Positions 1 to 9,656 of a stretch of DNA of 64,000 nt are shown here, piece by piece. Position 1 is the stretch's first letter. Each line of letters begins with the position of its first letter. The notes under the pieces were generated by a model. That model worked only from the letters and a program-made list of their open reading frames with translations. It was not told the origin of the DNA and did not search any database. This stretch comes from an uncultured Verrucomicrobiae bacterium (GTDB lineage Bacteria > Chlamydiota > Chlamydiia > Chlamydiales > Rhabdochlamydiaceae). The stretch lies in NCBI GenBank assembly GCA_963718565.1, contig OY970364.1:96001-160000 (forward strand), written 5' to 3'. The translations under genes and the position numbers were made by a program.

Positions 1-469
1 GATTTTCGATCAGATGCTTCACTAAGGGATAAATCAAATGTTGGACCTTTTTATAATCAGGATTTGTGAAATTGACGCACGAAAAAGCAATTCCTGGGAC
101 ATTGCGTAAAGCGCCTTCGATCACAGCGCCAATTGTTCCGCTATAAAGGACGTTGCGGCCGGAATTTGCGCCGCGATTAATCCCGGAAACGATGAGGTCA
201 GGAGGAGAATTTAAGATGACGCTCATTCCCATGCGGACACAGTCTGCCGGCGTCCCATTGATTTTCCAAGCTTTTGTCCCCCTTTCCCACTGCACTTGCT
301 GAATCAGGATGGGATCTCGGACTGTGATTGCAAGCCCGACTCCTGACTTTTCTGTCATGGGGGCGATGATATAAAGTTCAGCGACATCGACGAGGGCTTC
401 CCATAAATACTTCAAACCGTCCGCTTCAATGCCATCGTCATTAGTAATTAAAATTTTTGGCTTACTCAT
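1..469 (-). CDS. surE: 5'/3'-nucleotidase SurE (runs off the window start)
   Basis: Reverse-strand translation from ATG at 469 gives MSKPKILITNDDGIEADG, then GTPADCV and DLIVSGINRG, all SurE motifs. Absent from the ORF track because it has no stop in the window. Confidence 0.93.
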   Translation of the reverse strand, partial: MSKPKILITNDDGIEADGLKYLWEALVDVAELYIIAPMTEKSGVGLAITVRDPILIQQVQWERGTKAWKINGTPADCVRMGMSVILNSPPDLIVSGINRGANSGRNVLYSGTIGAVIEGALRNVPGIAFSCVNFTNPDYKKVQHLIYPLVKHLIEN

Positions 470-518
470 CTCAATTTCTTTCCGTAATAAAAGTTCATTT
501 TAGCATAAAAAGATAAAG

Positions 519-572
519 GAGGGAATTGCAAAACTCCTTGCTAGCAGAAAATCGATGGTTTTGGCACCTGTT
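519..572. repeat. Family A palindromic element, terminal fragment
   Basis: GAGGGAATTGCAAAACTCCTTGCTAGCAGAAAATCGATGGTTTTGGCACCTGTT matches the reverse complement of the right end of the copy at 39132-39315. Confidence 0.85.
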
Positions 573-601
573 TTTATTTTTAAGTTCTTAATCGCTAGTC
601 T

Positions 602-2038
602 CTAATCGATTGCTGGCTGGGACTTGTGTTGAGTCAATTTAGAAACAACTAGGATGAGCAGGAAGCTGGATATGAAACCGGGAAGCATTGAGGGAACATT
701 GATAGAAAAAAGGATGTTAAAATAAGGCCAGATTGCCGCGATAATCCCTCCGGATAAAATTCCTGCCCAAGCACCGTACTTGTTGATCCCTCGCCAATAG
801 AGCGAGAGCAGTAGCAGCGGACCGAATGAAGAACCCAGACCCGACCAAGCGTAGAGCACAAGAGAATAAATCGAACTGAATTTTCCAAAAGCGATGATAA
901 ACGCGATGATTGAGACTAGGATTACGCCAACTCTTGCAACGATAAGCAGTTCTTTTGAAGACGCCGTCTTGCGGAAAATGCGCTTGTAAAAGTCTTCTGT
1001 GATGGTTGAGGAAAGTACAAGCACTTGTGAGCTCATGGCATTGATTGTTGCGGCGAGAACAGCGCACAAGATGAATCCCACGAAGAATGGAGCGAAAGAG
1101 GATTTAACCATTTCGATAAAGACAAGCTCAGAATCGATAGTTTGTCCGGAAAAGAATGCGATGCCCACGAGTCCGACCAAAGTCGCTGCGCTCAAAGAGA
1201 GGAGCATCCAACTCATGCCAATATATTTGGACTTTGAAATTTCATGCACATTGCGGATTCCCATGAATTTTGTCACAATATGCGGCTGTCCAAAGTATCC
1301 TAATCCCCATCCGGCAGTCATGCCAATGATCTCTAAAATAGTCTTCGCTGAAAAGTCTGGAAACAATGACATTGTCAATTTTTTGACCTCAATCTCATGG
1401 GAGATTCCAGACCAGCCACCCACTTTTTTAAGGAGAAACAGCGGAACAAAAATGATGATGCCCATCAGGAAAAATCCTTGGAAAAGATCGATCCAGGCCA
1501 AGGTCACATATCCGCCTGTGAACACATAGGGGATAACGATGAAGACGCCGACCAATACTCCCCAATAGTAGTTCAAATGGAACAATGTCTCTAAAAGCAA
1601 GCCAAGGCCAACCAAGCCCGCGGAGATATAAATTGTATAAAATAGAAGCGATATAATTGCCGTAAATACACGGATTGTGCCGGAAGTATCTGCAAGCCGG
1701 CTTTCAAAAAAAGAGGAAAAAGTCAGACTGTTGTACTGTTCTGTAGCAATGCGGATTTTTGGAGCAATCAGCTGCCAGTTCAAATACATGAACACCAAAA
1801 GACCGACCGCCGACCAGGCATTGAACAGTCCCCCTGTAAAGACGACAGCAGGGTACCCCATGAACAGCCAGCTGCTCATATCGCTTGCGTGCGCTGCCAG
1901 CGCTGTCAACCAGTAATTCATTGAGCGAGCGCCGATGATGAAATCCGCAGCGGAGAGATGCCTTCGATAGGAAAAAAATCCAATCGTAAGCAAAATCGCA
2001 AAATAGCAGAGCACCGCAAGGAGTTCTTCAACGTACAT
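602..2038 (-). CDS. putP: Sodium/proline symporter (SSS family)
   Basis: 478 aa polytopic membrane protein with ASDMSSWLFMGYP and WGLGYFGQPHI motifs typical of PutP. Confidence 0.92.
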   Translation of the reverse strand: MYVEELLAVLCYFAILLTIGFFSYRRHLSAADFIIGARSMNYWLTALAAHASDMSSWLFMGYPAVVFTGGLFNAWSAVGLLVFMYLNWQLIAPKIRIATEQYNSLTFSSFFESRLADTSGTIRVFTAIISLLFYTIYISAGLVGLGLLLETLFHLNYYWGVLVGVFIVIPYVFTGGYVTLAWIDLFQGFFLMGIIIFVPLFLLKKVGGWSGISHEIEVKKLTMSLFPDFSAKTILEIIGMTAGWGLGYFGQPHIVTKFMGIRNVHEISKSKYIGMSWMLLSLSAATLVGLVGIAFFSGQTIDSELVFIEMVKSSFAPFFVGFILCAVLAATINAMSSQVLVLSSTITEDFYKRIFRKTASSKELLIVARVGVILVSIIAFIIAFGKFSSIYSLVLYAWSGLGSSFGPLLLLSLYWRGINKYGAWAGILSGGIIAAIWPYFNILFSINVPSMLPGFISSFLLILVVSKLTQHKSQPAID

Positions 2039-2131
2039 ATCGTCCTACAAGGCAAGAAAGATTCATCGCTTTCCAATTACTCAACATATCAGGTTAGCGA
2101 AATATTGAAAAATCTGATCTGAGAGTCTGTT

Positions 2132-2153
2132 GAGGGGTTTTGCAATTCCCTCT
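2132..2153. repeat. Family A terminal inverted repeat remnant
   Basis: GAGGGGTTTTGCAATTCCCTCT matches the family A end, next to the ttcA stop codon. Confidence 0.7.
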
Positions 2154-2912
2154 TTATTTATTCAAGGCTTTCCGCGAACCATATTGTATTGAGGAATAAC
2201 TTAAGTTTTCCCGAGTATTGGGAAACTCTTTTTCTAACATGGCAATCAAGTCTTTGGTCTTCTTTCGCATCGAATTTTGGCCTACAGGGCATTGACAAAC
2301 TATACGGTTAAACCCATACATTGTTGCAAATTCTCGGATCTCCTCTTCGGAGATATAAATGAACGGGCGGATAATAGTCACACCGTAATTTTGCATAGGA
2401 ACTTTTGGCAGCATCGCGGCAAATTCGCCCTTATGCAATAAATTCATCAGAAGAGTTTGCACGCTGTCGTCGCGGTGGTGCCCAAAAGCAACCGTAGTCG
2501 CTCCCACTTTCTTGGCGGCTTCAAAGATTAAGGTCCGCCTTTCTCGGGAACAACTATAACATTCCAGATTTTCTCTTTCCTGTTTGGAAGAGCAATTCAG
2601 AAACGTCACTCCCAGCTCGTTGCAAATTCCTTTTAAAAAATTCTCACCGACGCCGGCCCCGCAAGAAAAAGCCCCGCTGACATGGATCGCATAAAGCTCA
2701 AGCTCGGGCAGACCTCTTCCGGAGATCGCCTTGAGCAAATACAGCAAACTCAAACTATCCTTGCCCCCACTCAAAGCGATTGCAAGCTTTTTCACATCTT
2801 TGAGGAGCTCAAATTCATAAATTGCTTTGCGGCACATGCTTTCCAGTTTGCCGCCGAGATGGGTCCATGGAGGACGAGCAATGGGAAGGTGTAAACTTAA
2901 TATTTGGTTCAT
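2154..2912 (-). CDS. ttcA: tRNA 2-thiocytidine biosynthesis protein TtcA
   Basis: PP-loop SGGKDS, CYSC, GHHRDD and CQCP motifs. Confidence 0.9.
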   Translation of the reverse strand: MNQILSLHLPIARPPWTHLGGKLESMCRKAIYEFELLKDVKKLAIALSGGKDSLSLLYLLKAISGRGLPELELYAIHVSGAFSCGAGVGENFLKGICNELGVTFLNCSSKQERENLECYSCSRERRTLIFEAAKKVGATTVAFGHHRDDSVQTLLMNLLHKGEFAAMLPKVPMQNYGVTIIRPFIYISEEEIREFATMYGFNRIVCQCPVGQNSMRKKTKDLIAMLEKEFPNTRENLSYSSIQYGSRKALNK

Positions 2913-3025
2913 ATCCTTTAAAAATGAGAGCTGATTATACTTTTTTGCCCATTAACCTCTCTATGTTTTTACTAGACTTGAATCAATTTTTTACGATATT
3001 CTGACCGATTTTGAAGAGGTTTTAA

Positions 3026-3253
3026 ATGCAAAAAGTTGGAAGAAACGATCCCTGTCCTTGCGGGTCGGGTAAGAAATACAAAAAATGCTGTGAGCTGAAG
3101 CAGAAGCACAAAAAGCTGACTGCCGATGCCGTCTCAGCATCAGCCCCACAATCCGCCGCGACTCAGGAGACATCCAAAGTTTCTTCCCTTTTTTTTAAGC
3201 GCGCCTCGGCGCCCAAAGCTCCTCCTGAAGAACCTCCCAATCCAATCATGTGA
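3026..3253 (+). CDS. SEC-C motif (Zn-binding) small protein
   Basis: [20 protein letters not shown] at the N-terminus. Confidence 0.85.
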   Translation: MQKVGRNDPCPCGSGKKYKKCCELKQKHKKLTADAVSASAPQSAATQETSKVSSLFFKRASAPKAPPEEPPNPIM

Positions 3254-3300
3254 AATTCTTGAGAATAAAGCAGGCCTGTGTTAAACTTTCCATCTCTTAT

Positions 3301-3372
3301 GCTGGTGTAGCTCAATGGTAGAGCATCCGCCTTGTAAGCGGACGGTTGAGGGTTCAAGTCCTTTCGCCAGCA
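3301..3372 (+). tRNA. tRNA-Thr(TGT)
   Basis: Cloverleaf GCTGGTG...CGCCAGC-A; anticodon arm TCCGC-CT TGT AA-GCGGA; T-loop GGTTCAAGTCC. Confidence 0.96.
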
Positions 3373-3390
3373 TCTTTTTTCTTCCGCATC

Positions 3391-3472
3391 GGGGGTGTCG
3401 CATAGTGGCAATTGCAAGGGACTGTAAATCCCTCGTCTTCGGACTACGCTGGTTCGAGTCCAGCCGCCCCCA
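3391..3472 (+). tRNA. tRNA-Tyr(GTA)
   Basis: GGGGGTG...CGCCCCC-A; anticodon arm AGGGA-CT GTA AA-TCCCT; long variable arm; GGTTCGAGTCC. Confidence 0.96.
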
Positions 3473-3478
3473 TAAGAA

Positions 3479-3504
3479 AAAATACCCGCTAACGCGGGTA
3501 TTTT
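3479..3504 (+). terminator. Intrinsic terminator after the tRNA pair, probably bidirectional
   Basis: AAAATACCCGC-TAAC-GCGGGTATTTT perfect hairpin with A/T tails. Confidence 0.8.
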
Positions 3505-3508
3505 CATT

Positions 3509-3627
3509 TATGGGGGCGAAGCAAGTGCCCTTTGGCACTTGCGTCTGGACTCGAAGTGAGAGAGCCTGCGACCGAACCGGAACGCTCTTTCGCCGAAGAA
3601 CGGCGAAAGAGGAGCCAGCCGCCCCCA
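3509..3627. repeat. Structured repeat derived from the tRNA-Tyr 3' end
   Basis: Inverted copy of the tRNA 3' end (TATGGGGGCG...CTGGACTCGAA) split by a hairpin, a second hairpin at 3585-3611, and a direct copy CCAGCCGCCCCCA at 3615-3627. Confidence 0.8.
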
Positions 3628-3798
3628 TTCTCTCTATGGAAATTGTCTTAAAATCAGATCAAATTTGATCCCAAAATAAACCCCTAATGGGGTGCTCAAG
3701 GGACAGCAATACTCGACAAATTCCCTTTCTGGGAAAAACTCTCAGTGGTCTAAAAGATCGAATGCTGTTAAAATCCATCCTTTACTTTAGGCCTCTGA

Positions 3799-4128
3799 AT
3801 GAACAGTTATTCCATTCCATCTAACATACAGAACCGTATTATTCTTTATACAGCGGCTGATGGAAAAGTCACTGCTGATGTCATCTTTGCTGAGGAGACA
3901 TTTTGGTTGACTCAACGTTCTATGGCTGAGTTATTTGGAGTGAATATACCGGCGATTTCAAAACATCTAAAAAATATTTATGAAAGTAAGGAGCTAAGCC
4001 CTGAGGCAACTATTTCCAAAATGGAAACAGTTCAAATGGAGGGGCAACGTCAAGTCGCACGGGAAGTTGAGGTTTATAACCTAGACGCGGCAATTGCAGT
4101 GGGGCGTTTTCTTACAGATGTTTCATAG
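3799..4128 (+). pseudogene. RhuM-family protein, N-terminal fragment
   Basis: WLTQRSMAELFGV..AISKHLKNIY..YNLDAAIAVG; breaks off at ~4103 where the family normally continues YRVNS. Confidence 0.8.
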
Positions 4129-4307
4129 TATTTTTTCTTGATTTCTTCTGGCAGTGTTTCATAGGCACGTTGTAAAAAAGAACATAGCTCTTCGAGAAAA
4201 AGATATCGTGGATTGAACTGAAAGACCCTTGTTTTTCCTACTAGAGTGCTAGCAAGGACGCCACCTCTTTCAAGGCGTAGTAGCGCTTGCTGCATCGGTG
4301 AAAGGGG
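4074..4307 (-). pseudogene. Winged-helix DNA-binding protein fragment; 5' part lost at the IS607 end
   Basis: PLSPMQQALLRLERGGVLASTLVGKTRVFQFNPRY resembles a recognition helix plus wing. The listed ORF start lies inside IS607. Confidence 0.6.
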
Positions 4308-4358
4308 CTTGTAACAGAATCCCTTGAACTTATTCAAACCTGATTATATATTATCAGA

Positions 4359-4781
4359 ATGAACAAGTTTTTAAGCATTCAGGAAGCAGCAAAATGTTTG
4401 GGAGTTTCTCCACAAACACTCCGCCGATGGGAAAGACACAAGAAAATCGTTTCCTGTCATCGCATACAGGGCAGCCAACGCCGCTATAGTCTCACTCAGT
4501 TACAGCCATTTAATTGCGGAGATAAAACCTCTGATCGTCTAACTGTTGCCTACGCAAGAGTTTCGAGTCATGATCAAAAAGAAGATTTACAACGACAAGT
4601 CCATATGTTAGAAATTTACTGCTTTGCAAAAGGATGGGTGTTTTCGGTAACCAAAGACCTCGGTTCCGGGATGAACTATAATAAACGTGGGCTAAAACAA
4701 CTGCTTGAGCAAAATGGTTCAAGAAGCCATAAGAACAAACAGCTTTTGGCCAACCTTCAAAATGCGGTCGCCAATGTCTAA
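4359..4781 (+). pseudogene. tnpA: IS607 serine recombinase TnpA with in-frame internal deletion
   Basis: MerR-like HTH (LGVSPQTLRRWE), YARVSS and GSGMN are present. LLEQ joins directly to GSRSHKN, so the DRLxR segment is missing; only 140 aa. Confidence 0.8.
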
Positions 4782-6240
4782 AGAGAATCTGGTTCTTAAG
4801 CTGAGAATTGAAGCAGACCCTCAAACAATTTCTGAGCTCGATGGGCAATCGCGGATCTGTAATTGGCTTTATAATCATCTGCTAGAAAAAAGCCTGGAAC
4901 TCAAGCGGGAATTTATCCATTCCGGCAACCCGGAGGCATCAAAGACCCTCTATACAGAAAGAGGACTCAGAAATGAACTTCCAAAACTCAAGGAAGAGCA
5001 CCCCTTTCTAAAAGTCGTCCACTCTTCTCCATTAAAAAATACCGCTTTGAGACTTAGTGAAGCAATCCGGGTTCATCAAAAATCAAAAAAAGGAAAACGG
5101 AAAGGCAAACAGATGGGTTGGCCCAAATTTCGGGCCTGGAAACGGGACTGGTTTTCTCTTTTTTACGATGAACCAGAAAAAGGTTTCAAGATTCACGGCA
5201 AAGCCTTGTTCCTCTCCCTTGGAATGGGCCAGGACCGCAAGCGCCGCTTCCTCACTCTCGAATTACCCGAAGCACATCTCCTCAAAGACAAAACCCCACG
5301 CAACTTGCGCATTATCTCCGAACTGGGAACCTACTATGCCATTTTTACCATTCAGAAAGAACTCCCCATCCGAAAACCCATTTCTAAAATCCTCGCACTC
5401 GATCCCAATCACAAAAATCTCGCCTATGGTGTTGACACAAGTGGAACAGCCATTGAGATTGCATCTCCTCACTGGCTCAAAACTTACGATAAACGCCTGG
5501 ACGAACTAAAAAGTAAAAGAGACCGCTGTGATAAAAAATCTAAAAAATTCCATGTTCTGGATGAAAAAGGCAATCCCACAAGAAAAGAATTCCATCTTCC
5601 TTCCAGGCAATGGAGAAAATACGATCATGCCCTAAAAAGCGCACTGCGTAAACGCCGAGAACAGACCAAGACGTTTATGTTTACAAGCGCACATCGCCTT
5701 TTCCGAAATTACGACTGCATTGGAATCGGAGACTATACACCAAATGGCGAAGGCATTACTAAACCAATGCGGCGAGCGATGAATAACCGATCCTTGATTG
5801 GACGTTGGAAAAACACCCTCTCCTGGGTAGCTCGAAAATCGGGAAAAACCTTTATTGAATTCGACGAGAAAGGGACAACCCGGACCTGTAGCCACTGCCT
5901 GCGGATTGAAGAGCGGGGAATCCCTGTCTCATTGAGACAATGGCAATGTCCACAGTGCAAGACCGTTCACATTCGCGACGAGAATGCCGCAATTAATGGC
6001 TTGAGAAAGATCTTGCGAGATCTTTCAGCAAAAAATGAAGGAGGATATCCTTCAATAGTGTCTGGCTCAGACCTCGCTTTTATCCAAAAGCGATGGGCCT
6101 GGTGTGTTTTGCCTAATGGTGTACATGTGACACCGTGGGGGCAAGACAGCAAAGCAATTTGCAGCACCAGGAAATTAAACCGAGGGCATGATAGCCCTCG
6201 ATCAAAAGTTGATAATTTGGTTATATATGATCAGGTTTGA
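4774..6240 (+). CDS. tnpB: TnpB RNA-guided endonuclease (IS607-associated, rearranged RuvC-II)
   Basis: GWPKFR, RuvC-I ALDPN, IGIGDY, FDEKGTTRTCSHC...CPQC Zn finger, RuvC-III RDENAAIN. ATG 4774 overlaps the tnpA stop. Confidence 0.92.
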   Translation: MSKENLVLKLRIEADPQTISELDGQSRICNWLYNHLLEKSLELKREFIHSGNPEASKTLYTERGLRNELPKLKEEHPFLKVVHSSPLKNTALRLSEAIRVHQKSKKGKRKGKQMGWPKFRAWKRDWFSLFYDEPEKGFKIHGKALFLSLGMGQDRKRRFLTLELPEAHLLKDKTPRNLRIISELGTYYAIFTIQKELPIRKPISKILALDPNHKNLAYGVDTSGTAIEIASPHWLKTYDKRLDELKSKRDRCDKKSKKFHVLDEKGNPTRKEFHLPSRQWRKYDHALKSALRKRREQTKTFMFTSAHRLFRNYDCIGIGDYTPNGEGITKPMRRAMNNRSLIGRWKNTLSWVARKSGKTFIEFDEKGTTRTCSHCLRIEERGIPVSLRQWQCPQCKTVHIRDENAAINGLRKILRDLSAKNEGGYPSIVSGSDLAFIQKRWAWCVLPNGVHVTPWGQDSKAICSTRKLNRGHDSPRSKVDNLVIYDQV

Positions 6241-6280
6241 TCAAGTTTTGAAGAGCGGGATGATTATTGCGAAATACTCT
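6050..6280 (+). ncRNA. Candidate omegaRNA (reRNA) overlapping the tnpB 3' end and right end; bounds approximate
   Basis: Expected position for TnpB systems. Hairpin CGAGGGC-ATGATA-GCCCTCG at 6181-6200. The ORF tail after RuvC-III looks non-domain. Confidence 0.45.
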
Positions 6281-6281
6281 C

Positions 6282-8702
6282 CTATTGTGAGAGGATTTCA
6301 ATTCCGCTGATTTTAGGATTTTCGATAACTTTAATAAAGTTTATCTCAATATTGTTATTTGTGACGTTTACAGGAAAACTAAGGTCTAAAGGCTTTGCAA
6401 ACCCAACTTCTTTAAATATATCCAGATTTGAAATAACGTTTACCCCATTAATATTTACACCAAATACACGTAACCCTGCAGCATGAAAATAGATTTCTGC
6501 AAACTTTAAAATAACATATTTAGGTCCATTCGAAACAGGTATGTTATATGAAAAATCGCCATATCGCTCTGTTGTATAAACTCCAAGGCAAGTTGGCAAA
6601 GTAGTAATCAGTTTTGTTTGACCACCTGAATAATACTGATCAGCTTGCCAAGTTACACCGGTACACGAGTCTGTAAGTACATTACCACCAGTATTTATAT
6701 AATAGCTGCTTAAGGCGTTATTTGCCGTTACGGTCACAACACTTTGAGCGGAATTGCCCGCATTGTTATATGCAATTGCTTTAAGCGTATGCTGGCCATT
6801 TGATAACTCAGTTGTATCAAGTGTAGCTGTATAAGGTGCAGCTTTATCTGATACTATCAATGTAGAATCTACATAAAAATCTACATGTGTAATCATTCCT
6901 ACCGGATCTGAAGCATTAGCTGTGATAGTAATTTTACCACTCACTGTCGCGCCATTTGCAGGCGAAGTAATGCTCACATTTGGAATGTCTGTTGAAGAAT
7001 GCGTTAGGCTAGCAAATAAATTGGCTCCATTAAAAGAACCCCATCCCGAAGCATTATCATAACCTGGACCAGCTTGATAAAATAAATTGTTGCCCATTGT
7101 AATATCATGATAATCCAGTGTCTGTGAGGCTGCTGTAGTCCCGATAGTATAAAGTGGGGGATTCGCAAACCCTAATACCGACATCGCAGCAGCCTGGCGC
7201 TGCTCGTTAACAAGAGCGGTAAAGGCCGCCCAGAGAGGAGCTGCACAACTTGTACCACCATATATCGACCATTGCCCATTATAAAAAATGGCATAGCCCT
7301 TATGTTGATCTGCATTTAACGAAATATCAGGTACATTTCGATTGGTCTTTGAATATACGGTAGAGACGTTTGTTTGCCATGAAGGGATTGGCCATACGCT
7401 GCTCACACCGCCTCCGCCAGCTCCATTGCCAAGGCCGTCGTTCCAGACCGCTTCAGTCGCATAAGCGCCAGTGGTTGCATTCACGGTAAGGCTGGTCCCT
7501 CCAACTCCAACCATGTAAGGTTGAGAAGCTGGATCATTCACTACAAGATTCATATTATTGGGATAATCATCATAGGCGCCGCTATCACCAGCAGCAGCAT
7601 AAATGGTCTGCCCTTGAGCGGCCATCTGCTGAAAAATTGCGTTCTCTGCTTGAAGACTTTGCGAGCCTGCTTCATCTTCTCCCAATCCCCAGGAGGTGCT
7701 CACTTGTTTGGCTATGTTGTCTGTAGCAATCCGATTATATGTATCGAGAACGCCTTGACTGCTATTGGGGCCTTCGTATACGTAAACCTGACTCTGCGGA
7801 GCTAACGCCAGCACAAGCTCTATGTCAAGAGCTACTTCAGGATCAGGAACATTACCTGAACCGCCATCAACTAAAACATTTGTCAAATTAGCAGAGGGCA
7901 GGCCAAAATAGGTCGTATATGCAGTGATATCGCTTGCTAGGTATGCCCCAAGCTCAAATAGAGCAACCTTTTGACCAGAACCGTTTGCTGATACTCCGTT
8001 GAGATTATAAGCTGTCTTGACATCGTTGGGAGCGTAACCCCCTCCTGGGCCAGAAGGAAATGATGAAGCGTTTGGAGCATCTAACATTTCTTTGCTTATC
8101 TCTTGACGCCGATTGTAAGCATGCCAAACAGCAGAGTTGTCTAGACCCACGATCCCCTTGATGATGGAAGCGATGGCAGCAGGAACTTCAGGCTCATCAT
8201 CAGGAGCATAAAATTTCCGGCCGTTGGTTTGTTGGTACATATTGAGCTTGAGTTGAAAAGCGGCTTCAACAGATTTTGTAGGTCCACTCACATTCAGCAG
8301 TGTGCGATTAGGATGTGTACCGATAACATCCAAGCCTAATTCTTTAGCATAAGCAATGATTGCATCGTAATCCTCCTGAGTTGGAGCAAAATTCTTGATA
8401 AATTCTGCAGAGGTCAAATACTTGCCATAATGTTGCTGGTCAGCGGGATCATTGATCTGTTGGATGAGCCTCTCCAATGCTTTTTGGTTGCGCAAAGGCA
8501 AGACAAAGGTAATCGGAACAGGCGTATTGACATCAAGATGTTCCTTGAAAACAGCTTGGGATACTGCCTTGCTCGGAACATGACCTGAAAGTCTTACAGT
8601 GGATTGGTTAGAAGTTTTATCCAATGCAACACCTATATTTAGTGTGAGCATCAGCATAAATACCATCAGGTATCTTAAACATCCTAAGACGCTATTTTTC
8701 AT
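6282..8702 (-). CDS. Secreted S53 (sedolisin/kumamolisin) protease with Ig-like and malectin domains
   Basis: GGAGG RBS before ATG 8702; signal peptide; activation prodomain; EVALD, AAGDSG and GGTS catalytic motifs; PNVSITSPANGATVSG (Ig-like); YTTERYG..FAEIYF..RVFGV (malectin). Confidence 0.9.
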   Translation of the reverse strand: MKNSVLGCLRYLMVFMLMLTLNIGVALDKTSNQSTVRLSGHVPSKAVSQAVFKEHLDVNTPVPITFVLPLRNQKALERLIQQINDPADQQHYGKYLTSAEFIKNFAPTQEDYDAIIAYAKELGLDVIGTHPNRTLLNVSGPTKSVEAAFQLKLNMYQQTNGRKFYAPDDEPEVPAAIASIIKGIVGLDNSAVWHAYNRRQEISKEMLDAPNASSFPSGPGGGYAPNDVKTAYNLNGVSANGSGQKVALFELGAYLASDITAYTTYFGLPSANLTNVLVDGGSGNVPDPEVALDIELVLALAPQSQVYVYEGPNSSQGVLDTYNRIATDNIAKQVSTSWGLGEDEAGSQSLQAENAIFQQMAAQGQTIYAAAGDSGAYDDYPNNMNLVVNDPASQPYMVGVGGTSLTVNATTGAYATEAVWNDGLGNGAGGGGVSSVWPIPSWQTNVSTVYSKTNRNVPDISLNADQHKGYAIFYNGQWSIYGGTSCAAPLWAAFTALVNEQRQAAAMSVLGFANPPLYTIGTTAASQTLDYHDITMGNNLFYQAGPGYDNASGWGSFNGANLFASLTHSSTDIPNVSITSPANGATVSGKITITANASDPVGMITHVDFYVDSTLIVSDKAAPYTATLDTTELSNGQHTLKAIAYNNAGNSAQSVVTVTANNALSSYYINTGGNVLTDSCTGVTWQADQYYSGGQTKLITTLPTCLGVYTTERYGDFSYNIPVSNGPKYVILKFAEIYFHAAGLRVFGVNINGVNVISNLDIFKEVGFAKPLDLSFPVNVTNNNIEINFIKVIENPKISGIEILSQ

Positions 8703-9656
8703 ACTAGGCCTCCCTTGTTTTAAAAATAGACTGCATGACACTTAAAAAACTCAAGGCTAACTCGAAAAAAAATATTTTGCAAAATATTTTCTGATTGATT
8801 GAAAAAAAATCTGACCTGGAATTTTCAACCCCTGCTCATGGAGCAGTGAAAGTGAGAATCAGGTAAAAGGTTTTACTTAATTCTCGTCAAAATCTGTCCA
8901 ACCTCCGCCAACCACCTCAGACACTGCCGGCAGAAATTAGCTGGTTTCATAATTGACATGTTCCCATAATCTGGTCATAAGACTAAGAAGCAACGTTCAG
9001 CTTATGGTTGGAATAAAGCTATGAGATTGGTTTACTTCTTATTCGGGATCAATCTTTTGTTAACCGAGAATTTGCTTTTTGCCAAGCACGAGAAAATGCA
9101 ATCTTACTCACAAGCATCTCAGGATCGATTTGTTTATTTTCTCCTCTATGAACTTCTTGATAAACAAGATGATGGATATTATCTCGAAATTGGTGCTGGG
9201 CATCCGATTAACGGCAACAACTCATACTTATTCGAGAAAAATCTAGGCTGGAAAGGGGTTAGCATAGATATAGACAAAGCATCCAAGAAGATCTGGTATT
9301 CTGTTCGACAAAACCCTTTGCTTATTGAAGATGCTACGCAATCTGATTATAAATCGATTTTAGAACCCTTTCCCCAGGTTATCGATTACCTTTCACTAGA
9401 TATCGATAGCAACTATGACATTGTCCTGCAGAGGATGCCTTTTAATGATCATATTTTCAAAATCATAACCATTGAGCATGACTTCTATAGATTCGGCGAT
9501 AAGTACAAAAGAGATGAACGGATGATTCTTACATCATTGGGTTATTATCTGCTTTGTCCGGATGTATGCGCTGCCCCCCAAAAACTGGACACTGGAATAA
9601 GAAATTAAATCGAGTGTAAAGTTTTTCTCTAAAAAAACAAAAAGGAGAAAAACATT

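Larger units (their letters stand above)
4306..6259 (+). mobile_element. IS607-family element (tnpA + tnpB), probably non-autonomous; ends approximate
   Basis: Serine recombinase overlapping tnpB. G-runs at both ends (4304-4307, 6257-6259). Subterminal inverted motif TCAAACCTGA(T/C)ATATA at 4334-4350 and 6224-6240 (16/17 match). Confidence 0.85.

Noticed and set aside
519..2153. Composite transposon of family A ends carrying putP
   Set aside because: The ends face inward, but no target duplication is visible and putP sits among core genes. Independent decayed copies are more likely.
3509..3627. A third tRNA gene on the minus strand
   Set aside because: Only 3'-end and T-arm pieces are present; no D-arm or anticodon arm can be formed.
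3163..3668. ORFs spanning the tRNA genes
   Set aside because: Shadow frames over tRNA-Thr, tRNA-Tyr and the downstream repeat.
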